A DNA stretch of 64,000 bases from Fidelibacterota bacterium (GTDB lineage: Bacteria > Fidelibacterota > Fidelibacteria > Fidelibacterales > DSDE01). How positions within the stretch are numbered: position 1 is the first letter of the stretch; the number at the start of each line of letters is the position of its first letter. A program made the translations under genes and the position numbers. Below, in pieces: positions 32,257 through 40,891 of the stretch. The notes beneath the pieces were generated by a model, which saw only the letters and a list, made by a program, of their open reading frames with translations, had not been told where the DNA came from and did no database searches. Where the stretch lies: the NCBI GenBank assembly GCA_046735395.1, contig JBJKQR010000062.1, positions 103,162-167,161 of the forward strand, in the 5' to 3' direction.

Positions 32257-32582
32257 CAGAAACCGAGGCCGGGAAGATTTCCGCCCAAGCCTCCCATCAT
32301 GCCTCCCATTTTTTCGTTAGCCAGGTCCTCAGCCTTCTGCAAAGCCTGAGACACGGCTGCCAGGACCATATCCTCGACCATCTCCACATCTTCCCCCATG
32401 ATTTCCGGTGAGATATGGATGGCGGTAATCTGTTTCTTGCCGTTTGCACTGGCGGTGACCATGCCTCCTCCGGCAGAACCTTCCACGATTTCGTTTTCCA
32501 GTTCAGCCTGAGCCCTCTCCATTTCCTTCTGCATTTTCTGGGCCTGTTTCATCAGCCCCTGCATTCCGCCTTTCGGTAGCAT
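32256..32582 (-). CDS. ybaB: YbaB/EbfC nucleoid-associated protein
   Basis: MKQAQKMQ, GSAGGGMV, EDMVLAA; between dnaX and recR. Confidence 0.93.
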   Translation of the reverse strand: MLPKGGMQGLMKQAQKMQKEMERAQAELENEIVEGSAGGGMVTASANGKKQITAIHISPEIMGEDVEMVEDMVLAAVSQALQKAEDLANEKMGGMMGGLGGNLPGLGF

Positions 32583-32595
32583 CGTCTATCTCCTT

Positions 32596-34350
32596 TCAGA
32601 TGATTTCGCCGTCAAAGGTCTGAATTATCATCTGTGTTTTTTCATCCAATTTCGGTTTTCCTCTTCCTGCGGCTTTCTGCTCTTCAGTCAGACGTGTCTT
32701 ACGAACCCGCAGGGAAACCGTTCCTCCCGTTTTGTCCTGAATGACCGATTCCAGTTCCGCTCTGGCCTTTTCCAGCATCTCAAATCCGAAATCATCACTG
32801 TAGCCCATGGTCAGGATTCCGTTTTCCAAACTGTCCAGAGTCACCTTGGGCAGAACCCCGAAGAGTACCGGCCGTTTTTCACCGGCCTCACGAATAACAT
32901 CCTGCCAGATATTCTTAATGATCTCAATATCCTGAATCGCCGGGCGCCCACCATCTGCTTCACTGCCCTCATCCGTTGCGTCATCCGCATCATTCTCCAG
33001 GGGTTCGGGCCTGACCGGATCCGGTACGGAAACAGCTACCGGCCTGGGTTCATCAACTTTTTTTTTTATGGCGGAAAAAGGGCGGCGGGAATCAGAATCT
33101 GCAGAAACCGGCGGAGCTGCAGGAGCAGGAGCCGGCCGCTGTGCTTCCGGAGTCGGACCGGATGCCGGCCGGGGCGCCGGAGGAGCCGGCGTCCGCTGCC
33201 GTGCGGGCGCGGCAGCAGGCCCGTGAGCCTTCACCGTATTCAGAATGGTCCCCACATCTTCAAGCTCATCCAGATGGGTGAGCTTGATCAGAAAAGATTC
33301 GCTGATGACACGCGGTGAGGAAGAGCGGCTCATCTGCTGTATATGATCATTGCACAATGACAGGCTCTGTACGAGCCGGGACGTGCTCAATTTTTCAGAC
33401 ATGGCGTGTACGGACTGTCTCGCCCCATCGGACAGTGACAGCACATCATCACTGCCGCTGGCCTTGTATACATAAACATCCCGGATAAATGAAGCGAATC
33501 CATTCATGAACTCAACCAGATCATGTCCGTTCACACTGATATTTTCCACCATATCCATCATGGCGGTCACATCGCGGTCGAGAACCGCCTGCATGAGAAG
33601 TGTATAGGATTCGTCGCGGATAATTCCCAGCATGTCCACGACCTCATCATAGCCGATCTCATCATCGGAATAGCTGATAACCTGTTCCAGATAGCTCTGA
33701 CTGTCACGCATGCTGCCGTCTCCGCGCCGGGCGATCAGTGCCAGCGCATCATCATGAATGGAAATGGATTCCTGTTCGCAGATAAGTTTCAGCCGGTCCG
33801 TAATCTCATTGAGAGGAATACGCCGGAATTCAAATCTCTGGCAGCGGCTCAGGATCGTGGGAAGAACTTTATTCAGCTCCGTCGTTGCAAACAGAAACAG
33901 GGCATGGGGCGGCGGTTCTTCGAGCGTTTTCAGGAGGGCATTGAGAGCGTCCCGGGTAATCTGATGAAATTCATCAATGATATATACCCGGTATTTGCCC
34001 CGGGTGGGCGGATACTTGATCATTTCCCGCAGATTCCGGATATCTTCGATACCGCGGTTGGATGCACCGTCAATTTCCAGAACATCCATATTCCGGCCTT
34101 CGGAAATTTCCCGGCAGCTCACACAGCTGTTGCAGGGATTATTATTGACCGGCGCTTCACAATTCACACGCTTGGCCAGCAGACGGGCCGTCGTGGTCTT
34201 GCCCGTTCCTCTCGGACCGGAAAAGATATAGGCGTGCCCCAGCCGTTCCTGCTGCAGCGCGTTCTGCAGAACACGGGTAATGTGAGCCTGACCGATGACA
34301 TCTTCAAAGGTTTCGGGCCGCCACTTTCTTGATATTACCTGATAGCTCAT
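32596..34350 (-). CDS. dnaX: DNA polymerase III subunits tau/gamma
   Basis: RKWRPETFED, GPRGTGKTT, EIDGASNRG, NALLKTLEEPP, SRCQRF; start moved to ATG 34350 because the longer ORF overlaps the SRP RNA. Confidence 0.97.
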   Translation of the reverse strand: MSYQVISRKWRPETFEDVIGQAHITRVLQNALQQERLGHAYIFSGPRGTGKTTTARLLAKRVNCEAPVNNNPCNSCVSCREISEGRNMDVLEIDGASNRGIEDIRNLREMIKYPPTRGKYRVYIIDEFHQITRDALNALLKTLEEPPPHALFLFATTELNKVLPTILSRCQRFEFRRIPLNEITDRLKLICEQESISIHDDALALIARRGDGSMRDSQSYLEQVISYSDDEIGYDEVVDMLGIIRDESYTLLMQAVLDRDVTAMMDMVENISVNGHDLVEFMNGFASFIRDVYVYKASGSDDVLSLSDGARQSVHAMSEKLSTSRLVQSLSLCNDHIQQMSRSSSPRVISESFLIKLTHLDELEDVGTILNTVKAHGPAAAPARQRTPAPPAPRPASGPTPEAQRPAPAPAAPPVSADSDSRRPFSAIKKKVDEPRPVAVSVPDPVRPEPLENDADDATDEGSEADGGRPAIQDIEIIKNIWQDVIREAGEKRPVLFGVLPKVTLDSLENGILTMGYSDDFGFEMLEKARAELESVIQDKTGGTVSLRVRKTRLTEEQKAAGRGKPKLDEKTQMIIQTFDGEII

Positions 34351-34363
34351 ATATTGAAAGGTC

Positions 34364-34463
34364 GACCCCGAATACACTATGGCACATAACGCCGTTGCCT
34401 ACCGCTGCTTCCTTCCGGACCTGACGGGGTTCAGCACATTGCTATTGCATAGGATCCGGGGTC
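34364..34463 (-). ncRNA. ffs: Signal recognition particle RNA (small bacterial type)
   Basis: Minus strand contains the helix-8 signature CCGTCAGGTCCGGAAGGAAGCAGCGG; termini GACCCCG/CGGGGTC pair; classic position upstream of dnaX. Confidence 0.93.
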
Positions 34464-34896
34464 ATTTTTCCTCTATTTTTCAGACGTTAAATTTAAACAA
34501 AGAATACACGAAGGCAAAGAACTTTGATGGGAGAAAGAGGTCGGGAAAGCAGCTTTATGACGTCCCGGTCACAGAGACGGTGAATTTTGGATTCATCGTA
34601 AACGTTTTTGTCATTCGTAATGATTTTGGACGGCCAATATCGGTTATTCTGCATGACTTTGTATTTTTTCTGTATTCATGTGAAAAATAACTTTCCCTGT
34701 CTGACCTCAAGGCAAAAGGATCGCCGTGTCAGCGCCCGGATTCACAGGAAGATTTCGAACATGCCGGAAACCCGGAATTCCCCGTCTGACTCATCTGTAC
34801 CGGACAGCGCACACAGCAAATTTCGACAGGAAGGTTTTTATTGCTATTCAAGGGGAAAGAATATATTTTAGCTCAAGCAATTTAAGGAGTAAAACA

Positions 34897-37158
34897 ATGA
34901 AATGCAGACATGCCATATCGGGAATTGTACTGGCGCTTTGTGTGCAGGTATTGACCGCCGCACCCATCGCCAGCATCATCAAGGCCCAGAATGATGTCGC
35001 CCTGAAAAAAGAGGCCGATTTCGACTATCAGAGTCCGATACCGGTCGGCACCGGAATTGATATATTTGATGCCCTCCGCACCGGAGATTCCAGTTATGCG
35101 GCCGTCGTCTTCATGGATGACAAGAGTATTGTAAAAATTCGCGAAAATTCGCAGCTGGAAATCAGTGAAAGCGGAAATATCCGCACGGTTTCCATGGACA
35201 AGGGGAAAGTCCTGTTTGACATCAACCCTCAGAAAGTGAAAGAATTTACAGTCAAGACACCCGTTTCGGTTGCATCCGTCAAGGGAACGGAATTCTGGGT
35301 TCTTACTGATGACAACGGCCAGCAGTTCATCACCAAACGGGGAACGGTGAATGTTTTCAATCCTGCCACCATGCAGAGTTTTGATGTCACAGCGGGTAAC
35401 ATGTGTGTGGTGGATCAGAGCGGAGCCATGTCCACAAGGCCCTATACACCGGATGACCTGCCCGATGAAAGCATGTTCGGAACCGATATTCCGTCGCCTC
35501 AGGAAGAAAGCGCACCGGAAGAGACCGGAACGGATTCAAGCGCCACAGCCCCCACGGGTGATCTGACACCATCTGAAACCGTTGAGCCCCAGACCGTGAC
35601 GGTACCCGAACCCGCCGCTCCGGCTCCTGCGGAAGCACCGGCTGAAGCCCCAGCGGAAGAAGCGGCTCCCAAAAAAGGAAATGAAAATTTTGGCCTCGGC
35701 CTCGGTGTCGGCGCTGTCACCCTGGACGGAGTCCTCTACAATCAGATTGCCGCTCGTCCCACATTCAAGCTGGGAAAACTCGGCGTGGGACTGGACATTG
35801 TTCTCTATATTGATCAGGAAGGCAAAATCCGCAAGGATGACTGGAACAATGCTGCGGCCATCATTGATAAAATCTATTTCCTCAGCTGGGGCGCAAAGGG
35901 CGACCCGCTCTATGTACGCGTCGGCGGACTGGATAATGTGACTGTCGGCAACGGCATCCTTGTCAATGGCTACAGCAACATGCTGGAATATCCGGATGTC
36001 AAACGCATGGGCGTGGATTTTTCCATCACCCGGAAAAACATCGAAGTTGACGGTTTCCTGGCTGACTGGAAGGAATTTGCCGGTGAAAGCGCAGTTCCCG
36101 GCCTGGTTGCCGGACGCGTCGCCTACAAGGGAAAATTCGGACTTCCGTTTGTCGCAGGTCTCACCGTGGCCGGAGATCTGAATCCCTACAATGCCTTTGA
36201 CAAGGATAAGGACGGCGACGGCTACTCGGATCTCATTGATATGTTCCCGGATGACAAGAACGCCTATGACGACCAGCTGGATAAGGATATGGACACGAAA
36301 GTGGACCCCATTCCCGGACTCACCGATGATATCCGCCTGGCCATCGTCCGCTCCAATCCCCGTTATACGGGACTCGACACCAACGGCGTTACTCCCATCG
36401 GTATTCCCACTATTGCTGATATGATGCAGAATGCACCGCGCATCCTCTCCTACTCCTTCGACCTCACCATACCGCTGCTCTCGAACAAGCTTCTGTCGAT
36501 GAATGTCTATACAGACGAAGCGATCATGCACTATTCCTATTATGATGCAACCAATAAGCAGCAGAGCCTGAGTGCCTTCGGTATGGCACCCATCGGACTC
36601 TCCGCCTCCCTGTTCAAGTTCATCAACATGAAAGTTGAATACAGAATGGCTCAGGAAAGCTTCGTCTATGGCTTCTTTGACCGGAACTATGACGTAGCCC
36701 GCGTATATGTCCGTCAGGAAAACAACGCGCTGGTCGGCAAGACCCGTATGGATGCCGTGATGGAACAGGGCATACCGGCCGTGAACGGCATATACGGATC
36801 CCTCGCGGCTAAGATCGGCAACCTGGCCACCGCAGGCGTGAGCTATATGGACATGAGCGCCGGAGCGGATCAGCTGAAGACCTTCAATGCCACTGCCGGT
36901 ATTCAGAAAGGCGTCGTTCCGAAACTGAGCCAGGCCTATGCATATTATATCCGCAACAATGACAACAATCCCTTCGACTTCTCCCATCCTTCGGCCAATA
37001 CGACCATGGGTTACAAGGTCGCTGCCGAAGTCTCTCCGGGAGTTGACATTGTATGGAATTATATGGTCACCTACCGTGATGATAACGGAGACGGATCCAT
37101 TGATCCTGCCACCGAAGCCGTGAAGGTAATGTCCATCGAAACAGGATTTAATTTCTAG
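34897..37158 (+). CDS. FecR-domain protein fused via a Pro/Ala/Glu linker to a probable outer-membrane beta-barrel
   Basis: Signal peptide; LRTG...FTVKTPVSVASVKGTEF (FecR); PAPAEAPAEAPAE linker; TSP3-like DKDGDGYSD; C-terminal ETGFNF. Confidence 0.75.
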   Translation: MKCRHAISGIVLALCVQVLTAAPIASIIKAQNDVALKKEADFDYQSPIPVGTGIDIFDALRTGDSSYAAVVFMDDKSIVKIRENSQLEISESGNIRTVSMDKGKVLFDINPQKVKEFTVKTPVSVASVKGTEFWVLTDDNGQQFITKRGTVNVFNPATMQSFDVTAGNMCVVDQSGAMSTRPYTPDDLPDESMFGTDIPSPQEESAPEETGTDSSATAPTGDLTPSETVEPQTVTVPEPAAPAPAEAPAEAPAEEAAPKKGNENFGLGLGVGAVTLDGVLYNQIAARPTFKLGKLGVGLDIVLYIDQEGKIRKDDWNNAAAIIDKIYFLSWGAKGDPLYVRVGGLDNVTVGNGILVNGYSNMLEYPDVKRMGVDFSITRKNIEVDGFLADWKEFAGESAVPGLVAGRVAYKGKFGLPFVAGLTVAGDLNPYNAFDKDKDGDGYSDLIDMFPDDKNAYDDQLDKDMDTKVDPIPGLTDDIRLAIVRSNPRYTGLDTNGVTPIGIPTIADMMQNAPRILSYSFDLTIPLLSNKLLSMNVYTDEAIMHYSYYDATNKQQSLSAFGMAPIGLSASLFKFINMKVEYRMAQESFVYGFFDRNYDVARVYVRQENNALVGKTRMDAVMEQGIPAVNGIYGSLAAKIGNLATAGVSYMDMSAGADQLKTFNATAGIQKGVVPKLSQAYAYYIRNNDNNPFDFSHPSANTTMGYKVAAEVSPGVDIVWNYMVTYRDDNGDGSIDPATEAVKVMSIETGFNF

Positions 37159-37163
37159 GGCCT

Positions 37164-37937
37164 TTGATCAAATACCTGAAAATCCTACTTTTCTTACTGA
37201 TAATAACTGTCCCCTTATCTGCTGATATCCGGCAGGAGGGGACAGTTCTCGTTCTGTCCACGAAAGTCGGATCTGATATCGATTCACTGGAAAATGTGTA
37301 TTATGGCATATTTCCGCAGGTCCGGAATTTCCATAAAGCCTGGTTTCTCTACCAGGACAGCACGAAGGTTCGCTGCGAAATCGAGTACTGGGGCAATCCG
37401 GGACATCTGGTACACCGCAGCATCATCCTGAGCGACCGCAGCTTTATGGAGAAGAAAACAGATATCGGGCTTATTCCCGCCATGCCGGCGAACTGGGGTG
37501 AGATCAGCAGTGCAGAAATAGCCCGAAAGGAAAATGCAGAGCTTCTGATGGCCATTCCCGGCGGCAGCGAACTGCTGATCCGGACCTATGACCGCGGCCG
37601 CTACAAGGGGCAGGTCCGGACCAATGAAGCCAATGAGCTCAAAGTCCGGGAAACGCTCCTGTCCCACCGGATTCCCTACGATACTATAAAAAGCTGCACC
37701 ATTCTGGAAGACAGGGAACTGACGCCCGAGCTGGATCTGCGGATACGGCTCACACTGTCTGCAGTAGCAGGAGGCGGCATCTGGTACCTGAGCCCGTCCC
37801 TGGCCACAGACCGGCGATTATACCGAAGCTTCACATTTTCCGTGGCCACATATTTCATCTCCAAACCCCTGATCCGGTCGGTCATCGGCCGCTTTCCACG
37901 CAAAACCCGCGTAAAACTTAAAAACACAAGATCTTAG
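37164..37937 (+). CDS. Hypothetical exported/membrane protein
   Basis: 257-aa ORF 5 nt after the FecR gene; signal-peptide-like N-terminus; TTG start. Confidence 0.6.
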   Translation: MIKYLKILLFLLIITVPLSADIRQEGTVLVLSTKVGSDIDSLENVYYGIFPQVRNFHKAWFLYQDSTKVRCEIEYWGNPGHLVHRSIILSDRSFMEKKTDIGLIPAMPANWGEISSAEIARKENAELLMAIPGGSELLIRTYDRGRYKGQVRTNEANELKVRETLLSHRIPYDTIKSCTILEDRELTPELDLRIRLTLSAVAGGGIWYLSPSLATDRRLYRSFTFSVATYFISKPLIRSVIGRFPRKTRVKLKNTRS

Positions 37938-37967
37938 AGCGCCCTGTTTATGTGGTCGTCATCGGAT

Positions 37968-39125
37968 TTATTTTTTATATAATTTCATTCTTTCACTGAC
38001 CTTGTCGAGATAGGTTTTTGTCTCGTCATAGGGCAGACGCTGTTTCATGGTACGATAAACCTGCGATGCGGACAGACGGTTGATATCGGAAAGGGCTTTT
38101 TTCACATTCGTGCTTCCCGTAAATGCTTTTGATACATTACCGGCTCCAGTATTGTAGGCCGCGATAATGCAGTAGGTCCGGGATGTCTCATCACGGAGAT
38201 CGGCAAAATAGCGCTGAGACAGCAGGTGCAGATAGGCCGTTCCCAGCTCAATATTGCGCTCCGCATCGTAGAGATAATTGGCATGAAGAACCCGGTCCCG
38301 GTTATACACGAATTTATAGGCATCCCGTCCGGCATACTTCGGAACCAGCTGCATCAGTCCATAGGCCGGAATGGGGCTGGTCGCTTTTGGATTGAAACAG
38401 GATTCGGTATGGATGACTGCATAAACCAGCGCCGGATCCAGCTTATATTTCAATGCATATTTTTTTACGAGATTTTCGTACTGTTTCGCCCGAACCTGCA
38501 GATGATCGGGCACGAGAGAAAAATTCACGGATACGGTGACGCGCTGCCGGCCGTCCTTCCCCCTTACTTTTTCTTTTTTCATCGTCTTCGGGGTCACCAC
38601 GGTTCGGGCAAAGGCAGCCACATTCGACGGCGTCACCGCTTTCCGGTCCGAAGTGACGATCTGTCCGGCCAGGACAGCCCCCGGTTCGAGAGGTGCCGCT
38701 TTCTCCACGCTGCTGCTGTAGTCCTTCGTCGACCCTCTGCTCAGCGCAACCGACTCCACGGCCTGTTCCAGCTTCTGCTGCACGAGACGGGGATCCTCCG
38801 CTTCTTTCGGTGAAAGCAGCACTTCAACCTTGGCCTGACCGTTTTCAAAATCCACATCCGATCGCCAGGTCTTATCGGATCCATACTCGACCCAGTCCCT
38901 GTTCGTGCTTTCCTCAAAGTCACCCCACATCCCCTCGATTTCATCACGAAAAGACTGATAGGCAGCCCGATCCGCCTCCACATATGCATTATATTCATTC
39001 AGAAACTGCTGGGTAAAGGCATCCTGAGCAGCCTGATCCTGCCGCAGAAAATCTTCGTAACTCTGCTGTGAATACGCAAAACCCAGTGACAGCACAAGTA
39101 CTATGAACCCGTTTTTTAAGCGCAT
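37968..39125 (-). CDS. MltC-like lytic murein transglycosylase (DUF3393-like + SLT domain)
   Basis: AVIHTESCFNPKATS, AYGLMQLVP, NIELGTAYL, AAYNTGAGNV, ETKTYL. Confidence 0.88.
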   Translation of the reverse strand: MRLKNGFIVLVLSLGFAYSQQSYEDFLRQDQAAQDAFTQQFLNEYNAYVEADRAAYQSFRDEIEGMWGDFEESTNRDWVEYGSDKTWRSDVDFENGQAKVEVLLSPKEAEDPRLVQQKLEQAVESVALSRGSTKDYSSSVEKAAPLEPGAVLAGQIVTSDRKAVTPSNVAAFARTVVTPKTMKKEKVRGKDGRQRVTVSVNFSLVPDHLQVRAKQYENLVKKYALKYKLDPALVYAVIHTESCFNPKATSPIPAYGLMQLVPKYAGRDAYKFVYNRDRVLHANYLYDAERNIELGTAYLHLLSQRYFADLRDETSRTYCIIAAYNTGAGNVSKAFTGSTNVKKALSDINRLSASQVYRTMKQRLPYDETKTYLDKVSERMKLYKK

Positions 39126-39308
39126 ATTAAATCTCCGTGTTTGAACCGGGACAGCTTACGACAATTGATGACAGAATTCAAGACAGCATTTTTCCCTGAA
39201 GCGGAAAAACTGCCATCCATTATAGGGACCCCGCAACCTATTCTGCCTTTGACTTTCCGTATTTTTGCCCGTAAACTGTAGCGAACGGATCGTACAGGGA
39301 GGCGTGCC

Positions 39309-40637
39309 ATGAAACGAATAGTTCAGACCCTTGGCTTTTGCATTCTGATCATTATTAAACTCGGGAGCCCACTCAACGCAGCTGATGCGGATTCTCTCGT
39401 ATCTGTCTCACCCGCGACTGTCTATGTGAACTGCCTGAGGACCGTCATGCTGGACCACCAGATCAGTGATGAGGAAAAGGCCTTTCTGAATACCCTGGCC
39501 ACTTCCCTCCATCTGTCTCCTCAGGTTTGCGCAGGCTTTCAGACCAGCCTGATCAGCACACTGCCGAAACATCTGGACCAGAGCGGACGCTGGCCTCTGA
39601 TTCTGCAGAATATCGCCTGGGGTTCCGGACTCTACGGATGGGCCGTGCCCACAGTTCTGGGCGTTCAGGATGGCAAGTGGATCATAGGAAGCGAAATGAT
39701 GTCCTTTGCCGGCGCCTTTTATCTGACTCACAAATATACGCAGCATATGGACATCAATCACGCCCGTGCCCAGATGATGAGAACAGGTTCCGGTATCGGT
39801 TTTCATATGGGATGGAGCGTGAATACGATTTTCAATATCTGGGATCACAATGAAAACAAGGCGGCACTGACCGTCCTCATGGCTGCGGTCCCGGCAGGAA
39901 TTCTGGGCGGAGATTATATATACCGTACCTGGGAACCGTCCAATGGCCAGGCCTGGGCACTCACCCTCTGGGGAGAAATCGGCTGGTTAACCGTCATGCA
40001 GCTTCACAATATCCTCGCGCCGGCTCCCGACAGCTATGAACTGTACGGTGACAGCCGGGATGCGGAAGCTGAAGCATGGGCCAAAGGCCGGGCCCTGACG
40101 ACCATTCTGTCCTACCCCCTGGGCATCTGGGCAGGACACGACTATTTCGGTGACAGGGCCTACAGCCTTGGGGATGCGTTCATGCTGACTTCCGGCTATG
40201 GCATGGGAATGGGCAGCGCGCTTATGCTGGGGGACCTTGTGGGCATCAATGTTGATGGTGACCGCGCCCGGGCTCTCAGCGTTCTGGGCGGACTGGGCGG
40301 TGTTATCCTCATGGATAAGTATATTGCCGGTTATGATTACAGTTTCGGTCAGGCTTTTCTCATGACCCTGGGCACCGGATCGGGCATCCTCTTCAATATG
40401 GGACTGGGAGCCATTATGGAAGTGAATTCAGCCAAGACAGTGGAATTTCTGGTTCTCACCGGCGGGGCAGCCGGTTTTGTTCTGACCCGTAAAATCATTG
40501 ATCCGGCGGCCGAAAATTCACTCACGGCGCAGCAAAGCCCGTCAGTTTCCCTCTATCCCGTCCTCTTCAGCAGCGTAGCCCGATCTTCGAAAAGCACCCG
40601 CCCTGTCCCTGGCCTGCAGTGTGAAGTTCGCTTTTAA
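39309..40637 (+). CDS. Hypothetical Gly-rich repeat membrane protein
   Basis: Signal peptide, RBS GGAGG, about five hydrophobic Gly-rich repeats. Confidence 0.7.
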   Translation: MKRIVQTLGFCILIIIKLGSPLNAADADSLVSVSPATVYVNCLRTVMLDHQISDEEKAFLNTLATSLHLSPQVCAGFQTSLISTLPKHLDQSGRWPLILQNIAWGSGLYGWAVPTVLGVQDGKWIIGSEMMSFAGAFYLTHKYTQHMDINHARAQMMRTGSGIGFHMGWSVNTIFNIWDHNENKAALTVLMAAVPAGILGGDYIYRTWEPSNGQAWALTLWGEIGWLTVMQLHNILAPAPDSYELYGDSRDAEAEAWAKGRALTTILSYPLGIWAGHDYFGDRAYSLGDAFMLTSGYGMGMGSALMLGDLVGINVDGDRARALSVLGGLGGVILMDKYIAGYDYSFGQAFLMTLGTGSGILFNMGLGAIMEVNSAKTVEFLVLTGGAAGFVLTRKIIDPAAENSLTAQQSPSVSLYPVLFSSVARSSKSTRPVPGLQCEVRF

Positions 40638-40891
40638 AACACGGAAGATCTTATCTTTCGATCCGCGTTTTATTTTACGTCCGATACTGAATATATCCGG
40701 TTTACATATCGCTGTTCCGGATGAGAACAACATATACCTTAGTCATCCGGTATATTTTTTCCCGGAGCAGCAAATTCTCCTGTCATCGTGGGATTTTTTT
40801 TGTAAACTACTTCAGTTTTGTGTGGAGCCTGTGAAGAAATTTTGATTCAGAATCCACGACAGCACCGTAATCAGAAAGAGACGACGACACG

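Noticed and set aside
34379..34690. 103-aa plus-strand ORF, and the GTG extension of dnaX to 34377
   Set aside because: Both overlap the SRP RNA gene.
35600..35670. Short DNA repeats encoding PAEAPAEAPAE
   Set aside because: Ordinary low-complexity protein linker with synonymous variation, not a DNA-level element.
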